This document shows, in pieces, positions 24,466 through 36,005 of a stretch of 60,000 nucleotides of DNA. The position numbers and the translations under genes were made by a program. The stretch is from the NCBI GenBank assembly GCA_030390025.1, contig CM059432.1, forward strand, positions 127,660,001 through 127,720,000. The letters are read 5' to 3'. Source of the stretch: Squalus acanthias (taxonomy: Eukaryota). The notes under the pieces are model-generated. The model was not told where the DNA came from. It saw nothing but the letters and a program-made list of their open reading frames with translations, and ran no database searches. Within the stretch, counting starts at the first letter, position 1. Each line of letters begins with the position of its first letter.

Positions 24466-24673
24466 AGAAGTCGCACAACACCAGGTTATAATCCAACAGC
24501 TTTATTTGAAATCACAAGCTTTCGGAGCGGCTGCTCCGTCAGGTGACTTCACCTGACGAAGGAGCAGCCGCTCCGAAAGCTTGTGATTTCAAATAAAACT
24601 GTTGGACTATAACCTGGTGTTGTGTGACTTCTCACATTTGTCCACCCCAGTCCAACACCGGCATCTCCGCATC
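24466..24673. mobile_element. Palindromic Penelope-derived insertion (family B) with 13-bp TSD
   Basis: Inverted arms 24464-24546 / 24549-24634. Direct repeat tttatcaatactg at 24453-24465 and 24674-24686. Confidence 0.85.
24549..24586 (+). ncRNA. Minimal hammerhead ribozyme motif (family B)
   Basis: UCAC-CUGACGA-A-GGAGC AGCC GCUCC-GAAA-GC-UU-GUGA. Confidence 0.78.
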
Positions 24674-24686
24674 TTTATCAATACTG

Positions 24687-25250
24687 GTGCTCCTCCTTTT
24701 CCAATTTCCCTGTCCTTTCCAAAGACCTTATAATCTGGAATATTTATCTCCCAGTCATGCCCAATTTATATACAAGTTTCACTGATGGCCATTGCAACAT
24801 ACCCTTTAAACTGAATTTGCAATTCTAATTTGCTTGTTTTATTCCTTATGCTGCATGCATTTATGTATCGAACTCTTAATTGGGCAACAGACTCCACTGT
24901 GCCCATTTGCCCTGATGCCGTTTTTCCTCGCACTTTTTGAACTTAATTATTTTTTGTCACTCCTGTTGTATTTTCAACTTATTTTTTCCTATATTTTTTT
25001 CTGAACCTGAAGTATTATGAACTGGACTTTACTCTCACCCCCTTTTCTTTAGGTTATTTTCCACCTATTTTTATTTCTGCCCGAGTCCCTCCCCTCCCCC
25101 CTATTGGTTTAAAGTCCTATCTACAGCCCTATTTATCCTTTCAGATAGGACCTTGGCTCAAGTGCAGCCAGTCCCAGTGGTACAGCTGCTTCCTGGCTCA
25201 GTGTCCCATGAAATGAAATTCCCCTCTTTCAGCCACGCATTAACCGGACA
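24687..25250 (-). mobile_element. Old CR1 ORF1/ORF2 junction fragment
   Basis: Similar to 22700-23240 (ctggaatatttatctcccagtcatg; tttaaagtcctatctacagccct). Confidence 0.6.
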
Positions 25251-25463
25251 TCAAATGCATAATTTTGAAAACGCAAACCTTTTAGCCCAATTTCAAAGAG
25301 CTTGGTAGTTGTATATGTGATGAGAGGGTTTTTTTGTGGGTGGATGATGGAAAAAATATCAAACTATATTCTTCATAGTATTGCAGATCATATATAAAGT
25401 TTTCAGTAAATAAAAGTTCAAGGTAAGCAGTAATCCTTAAATGAAAATGAGTTTCCTCACACA

Positions 25464-25469
25464 TTTATT
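25464..25469 (-). promoter_or_regulatory. Candidate polyadenylation signal of TMEM65
   Basis: AATAAA on the minus strand at the distal end of a ~3.2-kb AT-rich, nearly repeat-free tract that follows the stop codon. Other AATAAA hexamers lie closer to the stop. Confidence 0.4.
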
Positions 25470-27238
25470 TAAACATCACAAAATATATACTTGTAGTATT
25501 TTAATATTGGTTACAAATTTATCATACAAATATGTTAAGTTGCAAACTACATGCCATTGTACCATTCTATTAATCAAACACAAAAACACTTGCATGAACA
25601 CACACCAATTAACTTTATTAAAAACATGGCCAAGCAGATTACTGCAGTATTGAAGGTGGTATTTAAAAACCTGCAAACCTTAGCCTAGAAGTTCTAGAGT
25701 GAACTTTTACCAATAATCCTGATCAGCATTCAATAAGTTACTCAATCTACTCAAAATGTGATTTTTCTTTCCTGAGGATTCAAATCTTATTTTTCCCATT
25801 TTTCTCCCAGGTCATCTACGCCAACTGGTTAAAGGGAAGTGTGTGATCCAGTGCTCCTCCTAACCCAAAGAAATGTTCCATCGAATTCATTTGAAAACGC
25901 AACAATCATGGCTTTCAATTTACATTGGGAGATTGGTGCTGCACATAATGAGACAAGGCTGCTCATGTGTGAATTATATAAAACAGCCTCTTCCTTTGCC
26001 TTCTGTTGATGTCAAGACAAAAAAAAGCTTTAGAAAAAAAGACTGCATAAGCTTGATTTTAATGGGTAATCAAAATACACCACCATTAGCAAGTGATTGC
26101 TGGAGAATGGAACACTTCTATATTTAAATAGTTCTAGAATCCCTTTCACTACTCAAACGAACATCCCACCAAACCTCAGAACACCACTAGATTTAATTTC
26201 AATGCACCATTAATCAAACTCCACACAGGTAACTTTAGCTTAAAGACTGAATTCTTATTATTGGTCCCTCTGCATTATTTTGAGGTCTGAAGAGATTATC
26301 TAATTTCATTGTTTTGCAGATATACATCAAGTTAGAGTCTTGTACTTTTAAAAGTACTAATGGTGAAAAAAATCTGCAGCAAATAACATGGTGATTTGAA
26401 TAATTCCTAGGTAATCAAATATTTTAGGATTATCTTTTTAAAAAAAAAAAATCTACATTTTATTTGTTTGTACACAGCGATTCTGCTCAAGAGTAACCAC
26501 AACTGTAGACACTTTAATCATGGTTTCCACTGAAGGCATCAATATCAAATTTATCTACAATATCTAATAAATATGAATCATTTTTCTAAACTACCTCCCA
26601 TTTACATGCACTAGTTTATTATTTGAAGGCTTATTAAGCTTTTGTCAGGCAAAAATGAGTCTTGAAACAAAAAAAAGCCAGCTCCAGTCAATTCCCAGAG
26701 ATCCAAAGCATGTGAACCTACAAATCCTGGCACTTACTCGGAGTGGCAGTTATACCAAATTATCAAATGATTATGTTTCCTATTTCTTATAGATTTAGTA
26801 CTTGAACTCCAGACTCCTGTTCTGAGCAGAGAATAAACAGCACTGTTGGCCATCAGTGGCAATATTCTACATTAATCTATCTCATCATTGTGTAAAATTA
26901 TTTTATCTGCTGTATGTAACAAATTAGTGTCATCTAACATTTGGAGGTGATCAATGCAGGGCCATTAAGCACCAGATCGGTCGCCATCTGGCACCTTTGT
27001 GTAAATAGACTGAAGAGACCACTGTTAAACTCGAGTTCACAACCTTCATCAATTCTTGTACTGTATTCCAGTGTGGAAATATTCTTCAGTAAGTGGAGTT
27101 AGAAACCTTATAGAACACCTCTGATATTCTATAATGGCTAATTTCTATAAAAAGTGCAAATCATTTGTATAATCTGGTGACAAATGGCTCACCCTGGTTT
27201 AATAGTTTGGATCCACTTTTTGTCACGTTTAGTATTTT

Positions 27239-27370
27239 GTTCTGATGAAAGGTCATCGACCTGAAACGTTAACTCTGTTTCTCTCTCCACAGATGCTGCC
27301 TGACCTGCTGAGTGTTTCCCAGCATTTTCTGTTTTCATTTCAGATTTTTCAGCATCTGCAGTATTTTGCT
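27239..27370 (+). mobile_element. Penelope-like pLTR (family A) with hammerhead motif, antisense within the putative TMEM65 3' UTR
   Basis: gttCTGATGAaaggtcatcgacctGAAAcgttaac...cagcatctgcagtattttgc. Confidence 0.8.
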
Positions 27371-28655
27371 TGTGTTATTATTTCAGGTGTCATATCCAGT
27401 ACAAATCAGTCCAAGCATTCTAGTCAAGACAACATTATCCACTTTTCAGAAAGCCAGTTCAATGCACTGCAAGAAATCAAGTCATCTTTACTCATGGAAC
27501 CATCACAAGCTTGAGGGAAATGACTTGATCCAGCTCACTTCTCTCATACACACACAGCCCATTTGTTTAAAGGTTCAAATATTAATATAATTACAAAGAC
27601 ATCACATCATGTTTCCCCTCCCCAAAAAGAGACCCACATTTATATTTTGTTGCTGAGCTAGCCCTAATAAAATCTCATCAGTTAAGTGTTTACTACTGCT
27701 GAAAATAGGGGAGGGGAAACCTCAACTTGCAAGGGCTCAAACACTCATTAAAAGATGGAAAATTTAAACAAAGATAAAAGATATTCGGTTGTAACAAAAT
27801 ATTTTAAGTCTTCATATGCTTTATATCGGAATAAACGCAATGCGATTTAGATCCTATAATTAGCACCATGTAAATCCTAAAGATATTAAGACCGGAGAGA
27901 CATTTCTAATTGCCTTTAACAAGTCTTTTACAGCACTACGCTCATAAGCCAAGCATTGCCTGTAACTATTACCATTTACAAGTGATTTGTAGTTCAAATG
28001 TGGCTCAAATATAAAGATCAAATGCACAGAAAAAATAAACTATAATAACCAGTGTGCAAACACGGAAATGCAACTTTATACAATTTGTTCAGTCACACTT
28101 AAAAATGCACACTGGTCTATTACCAAATCATAAGACTATATAAACGGAATTGCAGACAGCTTTGCAACATATAAAATGTAAATAATCTTTCAAAATAAAA
28201 GTAAATCATATTCCATAATTTAATATCACTTAACTTCTATGATTGGTTTTACAATTACATCCTCAGGTAAAAATGTTAAACATTCACTACTTGACAAAAT
28301 GTATTTATTTTCAAACAAATTATCATAGATCAAGGAAAACAAGGCAGTCTGACTTGCAGTGAAACTGATTTTAAAGACCGCTTAACCATACTTTTAGAGT
28401 GTGCGTGTGTTTGGTTTCTTTTCCAAACGGGGAATAGAACAGTACCATAAGGGGTCAATAGACAAGTTTCACTGTACTGAATTCATGAAAAATATATTCG
28501 AGCGTATTGATAGCTAATGTTAATATTCCACCATGTCCTGGTCTAGATTGCACTTCTGTCCGTCGAAAGACTGCAGTTATTTTTCCAGGATTACTTCATG
28601 GTGCGAACATCAGATTCAACGCTCGGTGAAATAGTTCATTCACTGGCACACGAGT

Positions 28656-28757
28656 TTAGTTCTTGGTTTCTTCTAGCTTTTCTTCTTCTTCAGCTTTGAA
28701 GAAAAGTAGTGGAAACATTCCTAGGATGCAACCAATGGTCACACCTATAACCTTTCC
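28656..28757 (-). CDS. TMEM65: Transmembrane protein 65, last coding exon (exon 7)
   Basis: Acceptor ttttattAG. 102 bp encoding GKVIGVTIGCILGMFPLLFFKAEEEEKLEETKN*. Confidence 0.96.
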   Translation of the reverse strand, partial: GKVIGVTIGCILGMFPLLFFKAEEEEKLEETKN

Positions 28758-29389
28758 CTAATAAAAGAGGAAAATAAAATTTTGGATTTTTTTAAATAAC
28801 CGATAGATTAGTCACTCCGAATGGATTAATTCACATCTCAAAAGGCAGATCATCACATAAATGGGTTTAATCCCCAAATTAAACTAAGGTCACAGCTCTT
28901 TTACGATGACTTTGAACACCTGTAGGACATGTTTCCAGTAACTTGGTCCAAATTGTACATTTAACTCACCCAACACCACACCTGCTCAGTTATCCATGCT
29001 AAGAATTTTTAACCCTTTACCCTCAATTAGATATTTATTAACTGGTTTGGAATGAGGCTTTTTCCCCCCCCCCATTGAATGAAGGGCAGAACTGATTAAG
29101 TTCTTTCCAAACTGCTAAGTAATAAAGCAACATCTTGAATTTATAGAGCACCTGATTGTGTAGTACTTTAGGATATTTTGAGGACAACCAATGAATGACT
29201 TCTGAAAGAGAGTCACCTTTACTCCTCTACATTCTGGTCTAGATTGCATTCTTCTTCATTGAAGGCCCGCAGCTATTTTTCCAGGATTACTTCATGATGC
29301 AAACATCAGATTCAACATTTATGCAGACAAACACAGCAAGGCCACACAAACAGTAAAGCAGTTAATTTGTTTTTAATGGAATCGGGTGA

Positions 29390-30185
29390 GGGACAAATGT
29401 CAGCAGTGCGATAGGATCTTCCATGTCCACCTGAACCACGAGAACAGGTAGGCAGGGCCTCCGTTTTGCTGAAACCAAAAAGCGCCTTGGGACGTTTTAC
29501 TACGTTAAAGGCGCTATATAGAAACATAGAAAAATAGGAGCAGGAGTAGGCCATTCGGCCCTTCGAGCCTGCTCTGCCATTCAATATCATGGCTGATCCT
29601 CTATCACAATACCATATTCCCGCTCTCCCCATACCCCTTGATGCCTTTTGTGTCTAGAAATCTATCTCCTTCTTAAATATATTTAGTGACTTGGCCTCCG
29701 CAGCCTTCTGTGGTAGAGAATTCCACAGGTTCACCACCCTCTGAGTGAAGAAATTTCTCCTCATCTCAGTCCTAAATGTCCTACCCCGTATCCTGAGACT
29801 GTGACCCCTCGTTCTAGACCCCCCAGCCAGGGGAAACATCCTCCCTGCATCCAGTCTGTCCAGCCCTGTCAGAATTTTCTACGTTTCAATGAGATCCCCT
29901 CTCATTCTTCTAAACTCTAGTGAATACAGGCCTAGTCGACCCAATCTCTCCTCATGCGACAGTCCTGCCATCCCAGGAATCAGTCTGGTGAACCTTCGTT
30001 GCACTCCCTCTATGGCAAGTATATCCTTGCTTAGGTAAGGAGACCAAAACTGCACAAGTTGTTGTTGTTGAATGTCTGATCCAAAAGACGACATCTCCAA
30101 CAATGCAACATTCCCTTAGTACTGCACTGAAGTGTCGGCTTAGATCACGTGCTCTAGCTCTGCAGTGGATGTGAAGCCAGCAACG
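29390..30185 (-). mobile_element. Nested cluster: DeuSINE (-) split by an L2-type tail (+), itself split by CR1 (-, 29519-30056)
   Basis: SINE halves at ~29390-29470 and ~30070-30185. Tail halves ggcgctatata / aagttgttgttgttg. CR1 peptide VQFWSPYL..RRMRGDLIET. Confidence 0.75.
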
Positions 30186-31094
30186 GAAGCAATTTGACAC
30201 TATTATAGATCAACATGCTGAAACCAAAAAGCCTATTTCCAAACTGTGATAAATGCATCAGAGTGCTGGAAGGATTGTTTTCCCCTGGTTTATAGTAATT
30301 ATTACTTCAGATGCTGTTCAGCCAAACTGGCACTTGTCTGTATTCAGGAAGGAATTACTGGGCTAGCCAAATAGCTTTCAGATTTGTGTGTTTATACGCC
30401 ATTGCCTGATTGAATCACCATTATCTGTCTTTCATCAACCAATCTTCCAAGGGATAAACACATTATTGGGACACTCAGACCTGATGAAAACACTTAGCAT
30501 TCAGTCCTGGCTGAAGGCTAACACAAATATTTGATTACAGCCTCTCAGGGTCCTGGCAAGGCAAGTCATTTAAATGAAGGAGATATCCCTTCCCAGGTGG
30601 GTTTCAGGTATGCAGACATTGACAGTCCAGATGCAAGTTCTCAAATATCTATTTTTTCTCCCTCACCACCCCTTCCAGAAGATGGGAGAAAAACAGGTAA
30701 AATCCAAGACATTTAATCTGATTCCACCCTAATTTTAGCCAGTGGGCCAACAGAGATACCCAGTGACATTCTGGGATAGTGAAACAGGTACAGTGGCCCC
30801 AAATTTATTTCAATATCAGCACAAGTGGGGAACATAATTGGACCAATTTCATTAAAGGTAAGCAAGTCTAAGAACAGGCAGCTTGAATCTCAAGTTTCTG
30901 TTTAGACAGCATGCCGAATGCAGCAGATAGAAATCCTCCACAATGCAAACTAGTCTGGAGTACGTAAATAGCACAGGGATCCCTAAACTTCTCATCTGAT
31001 ATGCCTGACTTGTCTACAGCCAGGTTTGTCTACGAACCATCAGTGCACCTAGTGGAGAGCTTTACTATTCTAAAAAACCATCAAAATTAGGCAG

Positions 31095-31385
31095 ACACTT
31101 TGGTGCAGTACTGAGGGAGTGCTGGATTGTTCAACTGAGTGCTTGCCCACCTGCACACTTGCTTTTGTTGAAGTAGAGCAGGAAGTTCTCCAACTGTCTT
31201 GGCCAACATTCATCCCTTAACCACCATCACCAAAATAAAAGTAATTGGCCATTCATCTCATTACTGTTTATTGGACCTAGCTGTACGAAAAGTCAGCCAT
31301 ATTTGCAGACAGAAGTCATTCACTGTAAAGCATGTTGAGACATTCTGAATATGTGAAAGATGCTATACAAATGAAAGTTCTTTCT
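31095..31385 (+). mobile_element. Degenerate DeuSINE
   Basis: gcagtactgagggagtgc...ggccaacattcatcccttaacca...tgtaaagcatgttgagacattctga. Confidence 0.65.
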
Positions 31386-31437
31386 TCAAAACGGTTTAAG
31401 TTCTCCCAACTAAGATACACTTCACGAATATTTCCAA

Positions 31438-32125
31438 GGGGGGGGGGGGAGAGAGAGAGAGGAGGGGGGGAAAGAGAGAGGGCGGGGGGGGGGAGAGAGA
31501 GAGAGAGGGGGGGAAAGAGAGAGGGAGGGGGNNNNNNNNNNNNNNNNNNNNNNNNNNNNNNNNNNNNNNNNNNNNNNNNNNNNNNNNNNNNNNNNNNNNN
31601 NNNNNNNNNNNNNNNNNNNNNNNNNNNNNNNNNNNNNNNNNNNNNNNNNNNNNNNNNNNNNNNNNNNNNNNNNNNNNNNNNNNNNNNNNNNNNNNNNNNN
31701 NNNNNNNNNNNNNNNNNNNNNNNNNNNNNNNNNNNNNNNNNNNNNNNNNNNNNNNNNNNNNNNNNNNNNNNNNNNNNNNNNNNNNNNNNNNNNNNNNNNN
31801 NNNNNNNNNNNNNNNNNNNNNNNNNNNNNNNNNNNNNNNNNNNNNNNNNNNNNNNNNNNNNNNNNNNNNNNNNNNNNNNNNNNNNNNNNNNNNNNNNNNN
31901 NNNNNNNNNNNNNNNNNNNNNNNNNNNNNNNNNNNNNNNNNNNNNNNNNNNNNNNNNNNNNNNNNNNNNNNNNNNNNNNNNNNNNNNNNNNNNNNNNNNN
32001 NNNNNNNNNNNNNNNNNNNNNNNNNNNNNNNGAAGAGGGCGGGGGAAGAAGAGGGCGGGGGGGGGGGGGGGGGGAAGAGGGCGGGGGGGGGGGGAGGGAA
32101 GAGGGCGGGGAGGAGAAAGGAGGAG
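31438..32125. other. 500-N assembly gap (31532-32031) flanked by G/A-rich low-complexity repeat
   Basis: N run with (GA)n/Gn and gggaagagggcgggg repeats on both sides. Confidence 0.98.
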
Positions 32126-32299
32126 AACGAGAACAGGAGGCCAGATTTGGATAAAAAAAGCAGAGTTCTGTGAGGTTTGTAGGGATGGAGAAGCCAAAGT
32201 GAAGTAGGGAGGGGCAAGGCCATGAAGGGATTTAAACACAAGGATGAGCATTTTAAATGAGTCCTCAAGGGACCGCAAGCCATTGTAGGACAGCTTTTA

Positions 32300-33960
32300 C
32301 ACAGACACTGACGCCAATTACACCTCAGTACCCATTTCCTAAATTCATTTGTGCCTCAGTGCCCGGCCCCTCACCCCAGTTAAAATTCTCAGCACGCAGC
32401 CACTGACGCAATTACACCTCACAGTATCCAGCCATTAAACCCACTTAAAACTGTCAGTACTCAGGGACTACCCTCAATTTAACATGATAGTACCCATCCC
32501 CTGACCCCACCGACCCCAATTAAAACTCACAGGACCCAACTGCTGACGCCAGTTACTCTTCACATGGCCCAGAACTCGACTGTGATCATAACTTTACCCA
32601 CTGACCCCAATTAGACCTCTCAGTATCCAGTCCTGACCCCAATTACAGCTCTCAGTTTGCAGCACAAGTTCAGCTAAATCTCAGTATCCAGCCATTGACT
32701 CCAATTAGACCCCTCAGTACCCAGCTCCAGGCCACAATTATACCCAACAGTACCTCCTGACACCAATTAGACATCAGTATCCAGCCAGTCCCTCCAATCA
32801 TTTAAACAGGAGGAGGCCATTCAGCCCCTTGAGCCTGTTCTGCCATTCTATTAGCTCACGGCTGCTCTGTACTTCAACTTCATTTACCCGCCTTTGATCC
32901 ATATCAACAATAACTTGCATTTATATCGTGCCTTTAATGTAGTAAAACGTCACAAGGCGCTTCACAGGAGCATTATCAAACAAAATCTGACACCAAGCTA
33001 CGTAAGGAGATATTAGGACAGATGACCAAAAGCTTGGTTTTAAGGAGCATCTTAAAAGGAGGAGAGGGACAGAGAGGCGGAGAGGCTTAGGGAGGGAATT
33101 CCAGAGCCTGGGGCCCAGGCAGATGAAGGCACAGCTGCCAATGATGGAGCGATTAAAAATGGGAATGCGCAAAGGCCGGAATTGGAGGAGAGCAGAGATC
33201 TCAGAGGGTTGTAGGGCTGGAGAAGGTTACAAAGATAGGGAGGGGCGAGGCCATGGTGGGATTTGAAAACACGGATGAGAATTTTTAAATCGAAGCATTG
33301 CCAGACCAGGAGCTAATGTAGGTCAGTGAGCACAGGGGCGATAGGTGAACTGGACTTGACGTGAGTTAGGATACAGGCAGCAGAGTTTTGGATGTGTTCA
33401 AGCTTTTGGAGGGTGGAAGTTCGGTGGCCGGCCAGGAGAGTATTAGAATAGTCAAGTCTAGAGGAAACAAAGGCATGAATGAGGGTTTCAGCAGCGCATG
33501 AGCTGAGGCAGGGGCGGAGACGAGCAATGTTACAGAGGTGGAAGTAGGCAGTCTTGGTGATGGAGCAGATATATGGTCGGAAGCAAATAGGACATGCAAG
33601 GTTGCAAACAGTCTGGTTCAGCCTTAGACAGTGACCAGGGAGAGGAATAGAGTTGGTGGCTACTGACCCCAATTATACCCTCAGTACCCAGATACCAACC
33701 CCAATTATATCCCTCAGTCCCCAATTATATCCCTGTCCCCAGCCAGACCCCAATTATATCCCTCAGTCCCCAGCCAGACCCCAATTATATCCCTCAGTCC
33801 ACAGATACTGACCCCAATTATATCCCTCACTACCCAGTCACTGACCCCAATTATACCCCTCAGTACCCAATGACCCCAATTATACCTCACCAAACCCAGC
33901 CAGAGACACCAGTTATACCTCAGTCCTCAGCCACAGACCCCAATTATATCTCTGTACTGT
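32300..33960 (+). repeat. Degenerate ~30-35-bp minisatellite (ctgaccccaattatayccctcagtacccagc), interrupted by L2
   Basis: Recurrent ccccaatta / ctcagtacccag motifs at 32300-32790 and 33660-33960. Confidence 0.8.
32905..33660 (-). mobile_element. L2-clade LINE 3' fragment
   Basis: AYFHLCNIARLRPCLS..AAETLIHAFVSSRLDYSN and LWNSLPKPLR. Tail tataaatgcaagttattgttg. Confidence 0.9.
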
Positions 33961-34559
33961 GATGTATAACTGGGGTCTGATGGCTGAGTACCAAGTCTCG
34001 GACGCCAATCATATCTCATTACGCATTCACATGAATTCCTTCCTCTGATTTAATAAGACTCCCCGCTACTGCCCCCTTCTGATGCAATCCATCTCATACC
34101 ACTCTGAATTACTCCAAAAACAGTACAGGAAGAAATTAAAATATTCAAAAGTTTTTTTTGCTGATGTAAATATGAGGTATTTTTAAACCAGTAATTTATT
34201 AATTAAGTGGATTAAAAATGAGTGATAGTAACAGTTTGCTTTAGAGCTTGTTCAGGCTTTGTAAAGGTTAGGGTAATTTGTCATATTATAGTTAAAGGCA
34301 ACTGTGTGAGGCAGTTAATCATCCCATAACCTCTGAATCTTGGTTTGAATGAAGCGCTGATGAAACTGGAAGAGACACTTAACATTTAGCAGCATCTAGC
34401 AGGAGAACTCTCCTGAGTGCAAGTTTAGTCAATCTTAAATTGAATTCCCAGAGAACATGTGCACAGGACAAAATATAACTTCACCCCAAGTAGGCAATCT
34501 CAAAGATGTTGCAAGGAGTGAGTAATTGTGAGAAATGGAAAGCCTTACTGGTGAGGTGC

Positions 34560-34760
34560 AACAACAACTAGCATTTATATAGTGCCTTTAAAGTAGTAAA
34601 ACATCCCAAGGCGCATAACAGGAGCGTTATCAGACAAACTTTTGACACCGAGCCACATAGAGATATTAGGACAAGAGGTAGGTTTTAAAGAGCGACTTAA
34701 AGGAAGAGAGAGGTGTAGAGAAGCAGAGGGAATTCAGAGCTTAGGGCCTCGGCAGCTATG
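34560..34760 (-). mobile_element. L2 3' tail fragment
   Basis: Homologous to 32905-33130 and 53095-53310. Confidence 0.8.
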
Positions 34761-35394
34761 TGTGAGGGAGCGACCTGATCAATTTACAACCACTATGTAA
34801 GACACAGAAAAAGTGTAAAATTTTATCCTTCAATGCGACAAGATAAAGGCGGAATAAAGAAATTCCTAGTAACCAGATTTAAAAAAAATAAACAAAGATT
34901 AACTATTGCAGTTCATGACCCCTACCTATAAATGACATCTCAATTCAAGAACAGGGATAGCACTAACTTTAGTTTACAGGAACAAAAACTAAAGGACAAA
35001 GCTAAAAACCCATCCAGAATTAAGATCAAAGATTGGAATCCGGACATCAAAAATGATCCAATCTCCTGGGTGGGATGGCAAACTTCTTGAGCTTTACTGA
35101 TCCAATTTAGGTCATCACCTAAACCCCTTGAATAGATCGCAGTCATACTATCACTCCCATCAATCACACATTACATGCAAATAGAAAAAATATTAACATG
35201 GAGGTGCAAGTTCCATCACCAACTGTGCACAGTGTATCCATATATTTATTTATTTTATAAAAAGGCTCCTGAATTTTCAATTTTTAAAAACTAAATCCAT
35301 AGCCATTGAAGGCATATTGCCCCAGCTAACACTCTGCCTTTCAAGCCTGGTACTTATTATACAAGTGGCTGGGTTTAGAGGGGGTCACAGAGTA

Positions 35395-36005
35395 ATTTCT
35401 CATCTTAGTTACCCAGATAAGCTCAAAGAGCAGGGTCTCTATACTTTAGAAAAGCGTAGACTTAGGGATGATTTGATTGAGATTTATACGATAACGAAGG
35501 GACTAGATTGTGTTTGTGTAGACCAATTGTTTCAACTGAATAGGTTAGGGAGGACCAGGGGTCAATCGTACAAGGTATGTAAGGGCAGAACTAGGTTAGA
35601 TGTTAAGTGGTTCTTCTTTCCCAGAGAACAGTGGACCTCTGGAACATGTTGCTGGCTCGTGTGGTGAAAGCTGATTCGCTGAATTCCTTCAAATGAGAGC
35701 TGGACCTGTTTCTGGCTGAGGCGGAGATAACCTCGTACAAGAAGCAGGTACCTTGTAATGTTCATCAGGGCCAGGGTGGTCTCCTGGACTAGTTTTCAAT
35801 TGCCTAACCGGGTCGAAGGGCAACTTTCCAGTTTTTGTTGGCCTCTGCTTTTAGCTGGTTTTTAGCCTCTCCCAGGCGATTACATGGCTCCGGGTGGGGT
35901 GGGGAGTGTGTGTATTGTAATGATGCACAAGACATCACAACTGTATGGAAGCTAGGTGGACTAGTAGGTCTTTTCCTAGCTGTCTTTTTTCATATATTCG
36001 TATGT
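35395..36005 (+). mobile_element. CR1 LINE 3' fragment (old)
   Basis: LSYPDKLKEQGLYTLEKRRLRDDLIEIYTI. Its 3' UTR resembles 16950-17175. Confidence 0.8.

Noticed and set aside
28538..28605. SECIS-like ATGA-N11-AAA motif in the TMEM65 3' UTR (minus strand)
   Set aside because: No properly spaced complementary helix II or GA quartet, and no in-frame TGA in the visible exons.
31316..32283. Long 291-320 aa ORFs
   Set aside because: Artefacts of the N gap and low-complexity flanks.
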